Part shown: piece after piece, positions 1 to 14,068 of the stretch
Position numbering within the stretch: position 1 is the stretch's first letter
Layout: every line of letters begins with the position of its first letter
DNA from: Oikopleura dioica
Taxonomy: Eukaryota > Animalia > Chordata
Length of the DNA: 64,000 nt
Direction: 5' to 3'
Assembly: GCA_907165135.1 (NCBI GenBank)
Contig: OU015567.1
Coordinates: 5,642,001 to 5,706,000, forward strand
The notes under the pieces: model-generated
What the model saw: only the letters and a program-made list of their open reading frames with translations
Databases searched by the model: none
What the model was told of the DNA's origin: nothing
Position numbers and translations under genes: made by a program

Positions 1-2690
1 AGCAGAAGAACTGGCTGTCGAAACTGTCCGGCGGCTTTGAATCCTTGATCTTTGCCCGCTGTTGGTGGAGGTAGAAAAGTTCTTTGCATGGAGCATTTTG
101 GGATCGAGTCCGCGGGAGAGACTTTCCACTTTTCCGGAGTTGATTTCTTTCAAGAGATTGTCAAAGACCGGCTCGTCGTTGAGACTCTTTCGCGGAGTTA
201 TATGGTCGCGCTGAAACGATTAAATAAAAAATGAGCATTATGTAATCAAAGAAAACCTTGTTGGGGACGCTTTTGCTTCTCCTGTCTCCCCTCGCTTTTG
301 ACAGCTGAGCTTCGAAGTCGCCCAGAATTCGAAAATGAGAAGACAGGTCAAGTTTTTCCCCTTCATCGGGCAATTGCTCCTTCAGCCGATCTTTGAAGCT
401 CTCGACGTTTTCCTTCTGTTTCTGCAATTTTTCTATCTTTTCGTTGGAAGAAGCAAAAAAGGTTTCGAACTGGGCTCGGAGCTCTGGAAACGATTTCGTC
501 TTTCCATCGAGTCGGTTATTTTCTCTGTCGATTTTACCCAACTGCGCGTCGAAAAAAGCCAAGTCGACTGCTCCCGCTTCTCTGTAAAGAACCGAATCGT
601 TGCGCAACTGGGCCACGTGCTCGTCCGACATTTGCTCGGCGATGAAATGCAGAAGAGTGTATCTAAACAATGCTTAGATCCGGTGTTGATGGATTTGAGA
701 GGGGCGATTTTACGAGCAAAATTATTAGTGGGCAGATATCAATGAAGACCGTCCGGCAAAAATCGTTAAAAAGAAGATCAAAAATTCGATGATTTTATTT
801 CACGATTTTGACCATTACCGTATTGCGCAATTCTCAATTTTTATGTCAAAGTTAATTTAAACTTACCCTCTTTGAGTTGACCTCGTTTCCTGGAGTTTCA
901 GCAATGTATTCATTTTAAACGCGGCCGCGTTTCCGCCATAAGTTCCTGCCATTATAAAGTTGCAGCTCTCCATCACAAGCTGAACAAATAAATCTATCTA
1001 TTTTCTTCGTTTTTATTGCTTACTTTGAGGACTTGTCGGAAAGCTTCAGAGCGGAGAAACGTGTCCACCGCCATGATGACTTTACTGTAGTTGCTCGCTA
1101 CTGTCACGCAGATTTCATGAACGCTAGAAATGGTTTGAGAGTATTGTTAATCTTCTTCTTACCTGAAAAGATGCAGCATCAATTCCAGCCGCAGCGTAAA
1201 AACACTCGGATTCGGAAAATACTCGGAAAGCACGTGATAAAATTTCTCTACCGTCCCGAGCTCTCCCGTTCCGTTTTCTTCCACGAAGCTTTTGACGATT
1301 TCGACATCAGATGAAACATCTTCGAAATGCTTCAACGCGGATTTTGCCCTCTCGAACGACCAAATTTTCACATTTGTTTCGATCAGGGAAGAGATTATTT
1401 CCTCCGCGGGAATTTTGAACTGTTTGAGAAAAATGCCAATGTTCAGCGATTTTTTCTGGTCGAGGAGGGATCTTTTAGCCCTGAAGCTCGGCTTTGGCTG
1501 AAGGTTCGATTTGCTCGCTGGGAGACTTTGCTTCGCCGTGAATTTGGATTCTAGAGTCGCGTAGAGATCCTGGAGTGTTTCTTCTGTATCTGGCTCGAGT
1601 TGGCTCCAGATTGATTTTTCGAGCGGAATGTTTCTTTTGACGGGATCCCAGTGGACGGGAGTCAGCTTCACTTTTGGACTTCTTTTTGGCGAAAATGGCA
1701 GTTGCGGTTTCTGAGGTAAAAAGGCGGATGGACCTCCTGGGAGTCCTGGCGGTGGGGGCGCTCCGGGACCAGGAGGAGGTGGCGGCCCCCCGGCGCTTGG
1801 AGGAGGAGGGGGTCCATCGAGGACTTGAGGAGCGGGAGGGGGTGGAGCGCCCGGCCCAGCTGGGGGAGGAGGAGGAGGTGGAAGGGAAGATGGAGGGGGA
1901 GCGGCTGATCGTTTCGGGGGAACTGGCGGAGAAGAAACAAGACGATCAAATTCGTTTTCTTCAATTTGCTTCGACAATTTTTCAAGAGAATCGCCATCCA
2001 CTCGCGCTAGTTTTCCAAGAACGCCAAAAATGACCTCTCTCTTTTCAGCCGACATCTTCCCCAGAAGCTCTTGGAATTTTTCCAGCTCCGGGTCGACAAT
2101 GAAAACATCGTCCATTTCGTTGATCATTTTGTCGAAGAGGTCGATTTGGGTCAAGAGCTCGTCATTGTCGAGGCCGCGGCACTTGTCCACTTCTGAAGAG
2201 AAGTTGATTCCGTCCAATTCGTCCAAGAGCTGGCGTTTTTCTTGCAACTCCGCGCTGGAAAAATAAATAAAATCCTGGAATTTCGACGGTTTTACCTGAG
2301 TAAAAGACAGTTGATCAACTTCACCGTCGAAATGGCATAAGCGAGTCCACTAGCATCACTTCCAGCGTGCGCGAATTCCTTCCCAAGAAAAGCAATCGGC
2401 GTCTGATTTAAATTCTGATCGGCCGCGTTTTCTAGCGTCTCTAGAACGCGCCTTCGCCCTTGCGACGGATCCTGCGAGTTTTCGTAAACTGTCATCGCGG
2501 CGAGCATTTCGAAAAGGGCCTTTTTGACTTGCGAAGATTCCGACTTTTGTAAGGATAAAAGTGCCAAGTTCAAGAGTCGAGTCTATTGACTTTCTCTATT
2601 ATCCCCTTCCTCGAAAGTGATCGACAAAAGGTCCGCAGCATCATCTTGCTGCGTGACGTACTCCATTCCATAAGTCGAGTTTACTGTGCA
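1..2690 (-). CDS. INF2: INF2-like formin (GBD/FH3 fragment, poly-proline FH1, FH2, DAD/WH2-like motif); multi-exon, runs off the left edge, 5' exons not resolved
   Basis: ORF 1159-2247 has poly-Pro FH1 followed by FH2 (LTPVHWDPV, SLNIGIFLKQFK). Spliced exons continue ...NFIMAGTYGGNAAAFKMNTLLKLQETRSTQRGYTLLHFIAEQ. The FH3-like VKKALFEMLAAMTVY and C-terminal VFDNLLKEINSG resemble INF2. Short GT-AG introns (e.g. 2255-2295) keep frame. Confidence 0.85.
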
Positions 2691-5283
2691 CTAGAAGCAA
2701 AAGTCAGCATTTTTTCTCTCCTTCGAAAATGTCTTTCTTTTTGTTTTTCAGCCAGGGGGGCTTATTTTTTGGCAAAAGAAAAATATCAAAGAAAAGCTTA
2801 AATTTTTGGTAAGCCGCTCTTTGCTCTGATAAAATCTTCGGGATAGATCTTTCAGAACAACCGAAAAAATAGATATTGATTGAGCGTTTTACAATTTATT
2901 TTCAGAATTTGAAGCTAAATTAGCGCTTCAATAAACACCTTTGTGTATGAAAAATTTCATTTTTATAAAAAATCATAACAAGAAAATCGGAAAATTAAAA
3001 ATTTTAACCAATTGGACAAGAAAGGAACTATCTTACCCTCTTTTCTAATCGATAAAATAAGGGTATCTCATTATTAAACCATTTCTTTGTCCCGTTATTT
3101 ATCTCAGCTGATAGCTATTAAAATTTTGTTCTCTGGGAAATTTAAAATCGACCATTTTTTCTCTGAATTTCAATCACCTCTTGAAGCAAAGCTGAAGAGT
3201 CTATCTCTGAGTTAAACAAATAATTTCGTGATTTGAGCTTGAGCTTGGGCGATTTTGCAAAGCCCTTTTGAAAGGAAGAGAAAAAACTATTCAGAGTGTG
3301 GCTTTTCATTGTTACGCTGCTGCAGAAGAGCTTGCTTTTTTCGACTAATTCATTTTTAAAAGATAGAGTGGGATAAATTGAGAACAGATTCACTGTTTCG
3401 GGGAATTAAAGAAACCGGATGTGGAGGTTTTTCAAAGTGATCAGTCTTTTCGAAAAAGAGAATCAACTCATATTATGAGTGGGCGCTAGAATTAATCGGC
3501 TTTTTTTTAGTTTTAATTGTAAGACAATTTTTAGTCGTTAGAAATGGTTAATTTTGGAAGAATATAAGTAGAAATTTTATTGAAAAAACTTGAATAAAAG
3601 TGGTCAAAACTGACTTATAAATTATAAGTTATAATTTTTGATGTCATAAATAAGGGTGTCACCACACAAATTGAAGAAACAAATCTTCGTGAATTTTCAA
3701 TTTATGAGATTTTATTTCATTTTAAATTGCCGTTATTAAATTGACAACCTTATTTTTTAAATGCAAGTTTGACTCAGCCTTAACCCTTAACTAAACACCA
3801 ATGATTTCCGGACCACTTCTTTCCCAATAAATTATTGTCAATAATTTATCATCCAACAAGAAAAAAAACTGACCTTGAGAATAGTGATGCACTCAATTTG
3901 CGCCAAGGAGGTGATTAACGAGCAATTTGTGCGACTTTTACGGTTTTCGTTTTTGTTCAAAAAGGTCAAGCGATGAATCGCCCGTTCACAATAACTAAAT
4001 ATTCTCAAATTATATTATATAAACAATAAACCGTTTCCTGAAGACGAGTTCAAAAGCATGAATGATCTGGTCCAATCCGTGGCTCTGGAAAAATCTCTCT
4101 TTCCATCTGGCGTCTGTTTCCCGGCTCAGTAATTTTTAATTCTCCACGAAAGCGACCAAGACTTGAGCAAAGTTTAAAAAGTGCTTCAAACTTTTTTCGC
4201 TCTGATTTAAGAGTTTACAAGAGGCGATTCTGCACAAACACTCAACCAGAGAGAAAAATCGCAAAATTCAAAAAAAAAATTTTGAAGAAAAAATTCAGTA
4301 GTAAAATAAAAAAGTGAAAAAGGTCGCAAGGAAACAAGAGCATCTGTAAATATTTCCGGATGGGAGTCTGTTTAAAGTGATATTAGCTTTTGAAGGGTCG
4401 TTTGAAGGGAGACAATTTATGAATTTCGTGGCTTAGCTTTTCAGATCTTCAAGTTCAAGTCAAAATCCTTAGGTAAATATAAAAAGCTACTTCTGAGACG
4501 GGCCCTGATTTGTTGACTTCATAACGGACGGTGGAGAGGTTTTTCAAGGTTGGAAAGAGAAGAAGCTTTTTTCGGTCAAAATTTTTAATTTTCTTATTAT
4601 TAGGTAGATTTTATACAATAATTTTTAAAGCAAGGTCAATTAAACCGATCCTTTGCGCAATTCTCTGCTGATTTCTCAAGGCTTCCTCTAAGAATATCTC
4701 CCAATAAATTCCATTTTTCCTTCATCTTTCTCTCCTTCTTCTCTTTTTTTCTATCAATTGATTGCTGTTTGTATCTCTCTTCTAGCGCCCTTCTCTATTA
4801 TTTTCTCTCTCTTCTTTATTTTCAATGAAATAAAACCCAGTGAATCATTTCGTGGTTTTTATCGCTCTGAGGACATGCTGATTCTTCAGAATACCGCCAT
4901 TTACGCGACATAAAACAAAATTTAATAAAGGAAAACTAAAAGCGTGGGTGTCGGTGTAGAATTTGCCCGAGAGGCCGAGCTAGACTACCGTGTCAAACTC
5001 AAAGCCAAACATAGAAATCTGGCTTCAATTCACTAAATTTGTCGAGTTTTATTTGAGATGCGGACAGTGAGCACTCACCCGCTCGTAGTCATTTATCATT
5101 TTTCTGCTAGAGAACTTTAAGATCCTTCAAAAAGTAGAGAAAATGATGTCAAAACTGATAGCTTCAAATAAAATTGTTATGATTTTTATTTTTTATTCAA
5201 ATTTACAAATTAAATAAACAGAAACAGATAATTTTCTATTCAAAAAAAGCAATTTAAAAAATAATTTTCAGTAAAAATTCTTT

Positions 5284-7600
5284 TCACTGAAAGGCAGGTT
5301 GAAAAATAGAAGGAAAGCCATGAAGGAATGGATTTTGCCCAGCTGCTGTTTGAGCCGCGTAAGCCGCTGGGTTGGGATTCGAGAAAAGAGCCATGGGATT
5401 CATCGACATTGGAAACATCGAGTTGGCCATTGCTTGCAGGTCGTGAGGGTAGCTGCTTGTTGAGGGGGCGTTTGAAGCGTCTTTTGTCAGGTTCAGCTGC
5501 GGCTGCGGCGGAAAAAGAGGAATCTGGGGCGTCTCGACTTGCTGGGGAAGATGAGCTGCTTCGGGAAAATTTCCGGTCGCTGGGAAATGAGGATGGGAAT
5601 AGGGGTTGATCGCGGTTCTAGGGTCATTAGGGCGTTTTCGGCGATTCGGAAGAGCGGAGAGTTTTCGGTTGCGAGTTTGGATTCCGTCCTTTTTCATTGT
5701 TTTTGGACGAGGCACCTTAATTTTATTTTGAAATTTTTGAAGGATGAGCAAAATATAAGATCCTCTTTGATTTATATAAAAAAGGGAACTACGACAAAAT
5801 CATGTCCTGAAATCATTCTTTTTATTATAATTTTGAGACTTACCCCGTGAAGTTTTTCATACAGTCCACAAGCATTGCAGACAGGCTCGCCCTTCAAGGA
5901 TCGTCTCCAAAGAGTCGTTTGATTGGTTTTACAGTTGACGCAAATCGTGCCCACCCTTTTATTCGGAGCCTGGAAATGCAAATTATTATTTTTGAAAGTG
6001 AAAGGGTGAAAGAACTTACCACGCGCTTTTTGGGCTTGATCAAGGGCCGATTATGGCCGTTTACTTTGTAGTAGAGGCCGCAAGCGTTGCACAAATAGTT
6101 TCCGCACTTGTCCCTTCGCCACAATGGAGTCGTAGTCGCCGCGCAGTTTGCACATTCCCTTTGTCCTGAAAACCAAAGTTAGAAAAGAAGGGATGGATGA
6201 GCTTGGATGCAGAAGGTTGCAAACTTTGCGAGTTTGTAAATTTGCCCGTTTTTCAAGCCCAATTGAGCGCCAATTTGTCAAAAGTGTTTGGCACTCGGGA
6301 ATAAACCGTTTCCGGCGTGCGAGATCTGGATAGGAAATGGAAATGGTCGATAATGGAAGTATCGCTTTTCAGAATTTTAAAAAGTCTCTAAAGAGCCAGA
6401 AGCTTTTAAGCAGCCTGTGAAGAAATCTGAGTCAGGATTCAGGAAGTTCTCAATGAAAATAGCGGAGCGGCTTTAACAAAAACGATGCTGCAAAGCCAGT
6501 ATCGTAAAAGAGGTTGAAACGGAAATTTAAATTAAGTGAGATTTATGGGTGTATATGGGAAAAATGGCTTGTCTTTGAAAAAAATGAAATCTGTACCTGA
6601 TGGATCACTTTTTCTTCTTTTTGGCTCAGGTTCGAATGGTAGATCCCTTGGTTCGATTTTTGCCACGTCTGGTTCCGAAAGAGCATGTTCAAAGTTCTGT
6701 CCAGAATTTGAAAAGAGATATCCAGAGTTTTGCGCGCCGTATCCGCTGTTTCCGAGATTTTGGGCATTTGGCGCGAAGGAGGGATTTTCGAGATGATTTT
6801 GAGGATGCGGGTAGAAGTGCTGAGAGGAAAGATATTCGTTGTAGGAAAGAGGGGCGGGAGAAGGGATGACTGTATGATGCGGCTGAATCGGGCTGACGGG
6901 GAGCGGGTGATTCGCCGTCTGAGTCGGCTGAAGAGTCGGTTGGCTTCCGTTCGGCTCGGATTTGAAGGCGGAGGGGATCGTCTGAGCGACGGGAGAAGAT
7001 GTTGAAGGTCCTTCGCGCTGATTTTGAATCTGCAGCGGCTTTGGGCTGCTTTGAGGAGAAGACGATGCTTGGACGGGGAGTTGCGAAGGGAGATAGTTTG
7101 TATTGTTGAGTTGAGGAGAGACTGGACCAGTTGGGGAAGTATTTCGTACAGGAGCTGGCTGCTGGGAATTTGAGATGGAGAGATGCTGCTTCGTAGGGGA
7201 AGACTGAGCTTTGGGGAGTTGAGATTGAGATTTGTCGGAAATCGGAGAATTCAGGGAGACGTCGGCAGTGAAGGAAATTCCTGAAAAGGGAGTTTGATTT
7301 TGATCAGAAAAAAAGACTATTTTGGTCATAAAACGACCCTTGAAATCAAGAATTTAGGAAAAAAACCAAAGTTTTGCTATCAAAAATTACCTGAGTCATG
7401 GTGAGTCTGATAAAATCCACTTGAATCGAGCGAGTTTGCATCCCTCTCTTGCTTGTATCCAGCTTGCCAGGCGCTATCTGAATTGGCTATTGAAAATTTG
7501 AAGCATTCCGAAAAACCGTACTTATACTGTTGTAACTGTAGTTGCTCTGGTAAGCGCGTTGATTGAAATTCTGCTCGTAAGATACAGAATCTGTCATCTT
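5284..7600 (-). CDS. GATA: GATA transcription factor with two C4 zinc fingers; 5' end uncertain
   Basis: Spliced translation [47 protein letters not shown] / [42 protein letters not shown] / [18 protein letters not shown], with GT-AG introns at the joins and a Ser/Pro/Gln-rich upstream exon (ORF 6532-7329). Confidence 0.95.
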
Positions 7601-10600
7601 GTTGTTTTTTGCTGTTTCTCGATCGTTTATCAATTATCTTGATAAGTTCTGTTTCTGAATGGATGGAATCGACGCTCGTTTTATTAAAAAGCTTCGAAAG
7701 ATGGCGTATCGGAGGTGAAATCGAACGACGTGGAGCGCCACCTCTGGCACGAGCGGCGAAAAAGAAGAAAAAAGGGCGAATCAGAGTTTGGGAAAAAAAG
7801 ATTTTATGCTCCTGCAATATGCAAAAATTTATTCTAGCTTGTCATCATTAAACAAAGGATAAAGTTGACAAAATGATAATTGCGATCCCTGTTCTTAAAT
7901 TCAACTTAACTTTTGAGGCCTTGGTTCTGAAGCCTGAGTTGAAAACCTGAGTCGGGAGTTTAAAAAAACTTTCATCTCCTCAATATATTCAATCTTTTTT
8001 GAAGCTTGAGGGAAGCGGTTTCGCGGCTTGGATTATAAAGAAGCCGCTACGCGGCTTTTCATCATTGCAATTTTATGTCTTGACTCAGGTCTTGTTCAAA
8101 AAGTATTGCATAAAGAAAATTGATGTCTTATTATTTTGACAAGTATAAAACATCATATATGCCAGATCTTGAGCTGTAAACATGTATATTTCTCGGAATT
8201 GCCCAATTAGGCCGTAAAAACTCGCTTACCGCTGCCGGATGGACTTGGCTTATCGAAGTGGAACTCATCGTGGTTGGCCTCCTTCCCATCCTCATGTACA
8301 TTTGCCTCAATTACACGACTTTTGCACCTTATGTTTTTCTTGCTTATTTTTCAGTCAACCTTGAATTTCTTCTCCCAGCAATTTTACAGAAAGAAAAATA
8401 AAAAATATAAAAATGACAAATTGAAGCTTATTTTTCGATCTTCAAAATCTTCTTTGAACATTTTTTGGTCGCCGAAATTCGCGGTACTTATCGACAATGA
8501 ACTTTTTTCGGCGCTGATAAGGGCCGATAAGTCATTTTATGTTCCACAGGTGCGCCGTTCTGAAATCACGCTCTAGAATCAAACAAATTGCTATTCGTTT
8601 TGTTCCCACGGAAATTCGCCAATTTCGCGAAGAAGCCAAATTGGGGCCATAAAATTTGGAAAACACGCGACTTGAATTATTGAAATAAAAAAGATAGAAC
8701 TCGGATACTCGAGATGAGATAAGGAGCGGCGGAGATAAAAAATTGAGAGGGCAAGTAATTAAATTATATATAATAAATGAGGAAGTATCTTGGCCGGGCC
8801 GAGTTTTATGTAATTTTGAGGAGGAGTGAAATGAAATCGAATACAGATCAATATGGACTTGGAAATTTATATCAACAAATATTTGGAAAGGTCGCTCTTG
8901 AAGGGTTTTCGGGCTGACTCCCTTAATTTATTTTTATGTGAATCATAAGAAAATTTTTAAACGTACATTTGTTTACTCTCTATCTTTCTGTATGGGCCCC
9001 CTTGTTCGTCTTTTGGTCACGTAGCCTTACTCTTGAATGACCGAATATAAATTATATTATATAATCCGTTTCAAATAAAAAAGGGGCTTTTTCAAACCGA
9101 TAAACGAGGGGACACATTCAAAAACTTTGAGGACGAAAAAGGGCACCCGATTTTAAAAAGAAACATGAAGAAAAAAGGTTTCATTCTTTTTGAAAATTAA
9201 TACAGTAAGCATCCATCAGCTATCAGATCTCCAGTCTATAAACGCTTCAAAACATATGACCCGAAATAATACCCTCGATTATCCCCAACCCAGAACCTTA
9301 AACTTCCTCTTCATTGGTCCCTTACGTAACCAGACCCCTGTAATTGCCTGTAACTCCTCCTTCCGAGCTTGTAATGTAAGCTGCGCAATTGACGTCGAGA
9401 TCTTGAGTTCAGATAGCCTCATGGTCTCTTTGTAAAATCAGAAGAAAGCTGAAACGGTTGAACTGGCGACGTCAAATTTCGACTTCGATTTCGGAAAGTG
9501 ATACGGCGCGTGAGGGCCATAGACTTGTTAAATTGAAATAATACTGACGTTGCAGCAAAAAGACGTCAATGTACTGTAATCAGTAGAATTGCTTCACGAA
9601 TTACGATCTTCGATTTCGCCTCACATGTTTCTGAAAGGAAATACAGGGAAAGGGGATAAAGTTCAACATACTATGAAGTTTAAATTGAGTTCAAAGATGG
9701 CTGTAAATTACAGCCTGTAATTAAACGAAGATTAATCGCAGCAGAGTCAGAGAAAGATGCCTCTCTACAGAATACTTCAAAAAAAATGCTCTCGCGCTTT
9801 TCTCAACCTCTATCCGGCTGTTTGTCACGTGAGCAGGGATAACAAATCAGACAAGTTCTATTCCGGAAATCCCCTCGCAAACAATTTCCTGGCCTGGGCG
9901 AGCGAGGTCACACTATTCAATTTCGCGCTCGAGTGGAGAAACCAACACCCATTGCTACTCCGGCTCGTGCTCAGCTTCGGACTCCCTTATCGCCAAAAAT
10001 ATACAAAAAACGAAGTAAACAAAACAGTCGAATTTCTCTAAAAAGAACAAACTCAATAAACTATTGTTGATTTGCGATAAGAGCAGCGCGTGGCTACTCG
10101 CTCATTAATAAACCCGTAATCTACAAATTCAAAGAACCAAAGCTTCTGTTTGCGCCTCTGTCTGCAAGACATCGTCTCTGTCTGGCAGACAAATATGGGA
10201 TCGGCAACCTGTCTTTAAATCCTGAGTCAGGGTCTTAAAAAGCCGCCTTTCATAAAATCGATTTCAGACCCTGACTCAGGTTTTCTAAACAGGCTGCCGA
10301 TCTCAGCTGTCTGGCAGACAGTCTAACAGTCGCAAACCTCGACTTTTCGATGGTTTATTTTGACGAAAATTCTAAGCTCGATGATATTTTTGATTCGATT
10401 CTTACTTTGGAATTCACCAACTTGAGCTCTTTTTCTTGATTTTTAGAAGATATTTTTTGAATATTAGATTTCCGGTCGGCCGAGCTTCCGGTCGAGTTTT
10501 GAAGTGCGAGTGCCTAATCATGGAATATGGGAGTTGAAGGGTGAAACGGAAATCGTTTGAAGGCGACACTTATCTGCTCTTTGATCACGCAAATGATAAT

Positions 10601-12127
10601 TAATTCTGAATTAGCAAAACTTTGGGGAGGGGAAAATGACCTTGATTTTCGAAAATACAAAAAGGAATCAAGCTTTCTTTCTTGGCTCGAAAATCTGCTT
10701 AGAAAACCTTTTGTCAAAATATTTTCAGGTGGCTTCAAGCCAATGGTGAGACCCTGTCTGAAAACCCTGACTCAGGTTTTTACACAGATTTTTGAGCTCA
10801 AGATCTTTCATATTTTGTCTTGATGAAATTTCGTTCAATTATATTTTTCAAAGAAAAACAAAAGGAAAAGTTATTTGCCGATTAATATCTCCGTCTTGAC
10901 ATGCCTTCTTTACCAAAAACACGGGTCGCGAGTCGGGACAAAGCAGGCACGCGCAATGGCGGATTCTTCCTTCCGTTGAGTTTGCGTTTCATGTCCGCTC
11001 TTCGTCGGATTGTGTTCAAAACAATCGGAACTAATTGAAGCCGCTCGTGTGGATCGAGCAGTTCCTTCCGCTCCGAGATATTATATGTTTCTTCCATGGA
11101 GATTAGATACCATCATCTTTCCACGACAATTTTATATGTAGTTATTCTTATATAAAGCGATATTTTTGTTTTGATGAATTTTGGGTAAGAATCTAACGAC
11201 CTGAATAAAAACCTAAGTGAGGGTCCTAAAAAAGTTCAATTTTAAAATACCAAAATGATCCCTAAGAACATTTCTACACGGCTTTACATATTCTTAATCC
11301 TGAGTCAGGATTCCATCCGGACTTGGCAGCCTGAGTCAGGTCATAATAAGCGACAGTTCTGAAAATTTCACGAATGGCACGAAGACATGTTTCTTTTTGT
11401 CAAATTTTTAGCAAAATCATGACATTCGTGACATTAGTGACATTCTTGACATTTTCAATACTGACCAACATAAGCATTGAATCCGAAAGACGTTTCAATA
11501 CCTGACTCCGGTTCAAAATACAGGTTGTCGAGCCTAGGTTTCATAACAGGGTGTTAAACACAGATAATGTTCAGTAAAGAACCTGGGCCATTGACTGTCA
11601 GCATTACTGGATCTAAACTCGAGTTGACATTTTCAATTTTTCATTTTATGATCGACAGTTTTGACAGATTTCGCGGCGTCTTGTCAATTCTCCGCTGTCA
11701 AAAGAACCTTCAACGAAAGCTGAATTATAAATGCTTTCCATTCCTTTTCTCATATAAGTAAGACTGTCATTTTCGTTGTTATTTCGAGAGAAAATGTTTC
11801 ATTTGAAGCTTCTGGCTATTTTCGCGGCTGTTTCTTTCGCTCAATTTTCTTCCAGCGCGACAATTCCCTTTCCGATTCCCAGACCGCCGCTCGAAGAAAA
11901 TCATTCTTCTGACGATTTGTTTTCAACCTTGTTTGGTTTGTGCTCAATTTTTGAACGACTAAGTCTCTTTTTTAGACAAAGGAGCGAGAGATGATTACAG
12001 CAGAAATGCGAAGTTTCGACAAATTTTCCGACAGACTTAAAAAATAAACATTTTGAAAACTACGCTTATTTATTTTGAAGCATTTTTATGGCACGATTTT
12101 TGAAGAAAAGCAGTTTGAAAAATGATT

Positions 12128-13782
12128 CTAGAGCTCGTCATGATGGAGAAGGGAGCTTCCCCAGTGAGTAGCAGGCGATTCAATGAAGGCATCATAAGCT
12201 TTCGTCCGTTTTTCTTCATAATAAACTTAGGTTGACCGCGGTTACCCAAGGTTTTGATTGATCTAACGGTTAGATTCTAACCGAGGTTTAAAATGGTTGA
12301 ATCTTTTAAAATTATTCCTTATTTACCACAAGTGTATCCTTTTATGAGAAAACCGCGGTTCACCACGATAAAACGACAGCATTTTTTATAAACCGTGGTT
12401 AACCGCGGTTAACTATCATCGCTTACTGATAAACGAGAAGAGTTGAAATCGAAGAAATACGGTTCCTTTTAAAACTTCTTGTTTGGAAAGCGTGCTCGAT
12501 CCGTCACGGTCGGCAGTTGCGATCAGATAATCTGCCTCAGATTGTATCACATCGAAGTCCTAAAGCTACGAATTATCATTCCTCGAGAATTATTACCGGC
12601 GGATTCATCCAGAGCATCACTTCGGCCATGTTCAAAAATCCGTCGCCATTAATGTCTCTTTCTTCGTTGAAAATGCGCTTTTCATTTTCGATCCAATCAT
12701 CGTCGATTCCCGGCGCTTTCCAAGTGTTTGGTTCTTCGTCGAACTCGTCGTCGCCCATCGGAAGAATCGTCTCTTCTTCTTGATCTGGTTCGTCAGAGAA
12801 CGATCTCGCTCCGATGTCGCCAAGATATTCTTCTAGATCGATGTACCCATCGCTGTTTTTATCAAGATCTTCCAAGGTTTCCAAAGCGATCACTTCCATC
12901 ATCTCCATGTGTCCCGTAGGATGGAGATAATGGGCGAATTCGTTTCGGGAGAGATGGCGATCTTCGTTTCTGAAAAAAGGACGATCATCAATACCCTCAT
13001 TTTCGAACAACTAGAATGATTCTTTTTCCCGAAGAGTTATCTTTTGAATCAGCTAAAAAAGCTACGTACGTGTCAGCAGCGTTGAATCTTCGTAAATCCT
13101 TCTTTTTCTGGTACATAGCTGTCGCTGCATTTAATGAGGGATCTTTGTAAATTCGCTCTGTTTTGATTTTGATAAAAATTGAGCTTTTCATTTTTCATCT
13201 GTTTTCAGCAACAAAGAACCGATAAAATCATTCCTGGGTTATACTTCGCCTCCTTGAACTCCTCCATCGAGACCATCCCGTCTTTGTCCAAGTCCATTTG
13301 TTCCATCTTCGCATCCGTGTCCTCAAACACAAATCTGTTCTCGACGTATCTCATCCACTGCTGCAACTCGTCCTCGTCAACTTCCTCATTTTCATCGGCG
13401 TCCATTTTCTTGAAGATTTCTTCCAAACTGAAGAGCTTTTCTTCCTGCGTCATTTTTTGAAACTCTCGCGATTGGTTTTGGTCGAGGATTCCGTCGACGT
13501 GGGAATTAAAGGATTCGCTGGTAGGATCATTTGTGGGTGTTTGAAGATGACTGGTTCCTCGGGCCAGGATTTGGAATGGAAAAGAAAGCGCTAGAAATTG
13601 AAGACATGAGAAAGTCTCTTCCTTGATTTCAAAAGGGATCGAAGACCTGAGTCAAAAACCTGAGTCGGGGCCCTGAAAAATAAAAGCGGCTTCTTATAAC
13701 AGCTTCAAAAATATTCTTTGACTTTATATTTGCGCTACGAAAAATCCTCATTTTCGAAATAACAATTACCGATGTTCCTCAT
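12128..13782 (-). CDS. CREC-family (calumenin/reticulocalbin-like) multi-EF-hand ER protein ending in HDEL
   Basis: EF-hand loops DADENEEVDEDE, DLDKDGMVSMEE, DTNEDRHLSRNE, DKNSDGYIDLEE, DINGDGFLNMAE and DRDGSSTLSKQE. The last exon reads AYDAFIESPATHWGSSLLHHDEL* (stop 12128-12130). Hydrophobic N-terminus; first exon (ATG 13782) is inferred. Confidence 0.9.
12228..12415. mobile_element. Small MITE-like palindromic element in the last CREC intron
   Basis: Ends TAGGTTGACCGCGGTTACC and GGTTAACCGCGGTTAACTA are imperfect inverted repeats, with an internal AACCGCGGTT repeat. No clear TSD. Confidence 0.6.
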
Positions 13783-14068
13783 TTTCTTTCTCTTTTTTCT
13801 CCTTTTGTAGTCCTTTTTTCTCTAACGCCGGAGAAAACAAACAATTAACAACCTGAGCCCTCGTCAACTGACTCTCTCTGACTCAAATTTTTTAGCACTT
13901 TTTTGAGAAAAGCTATTTTTTATTTCAGAAATATAGAATTTTAGACAGTTGGCAAGGACATGGCTGGAGTTTCCACGCTCTTTTTCGGCGGAATGGGCTC
14001 TTCGAATTGAAATTGAAAAACGACAGAAAACAAATTCTAGTAAAAAAGGATAAGAAAAGACGGCCAAT

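Noticed and set aside
3599-3820. Possible MITE bounded by AAGTGGTC...GACCACTT
   Set aside because: Only an 8-bp inverted match and no target duplication; too weak to call.
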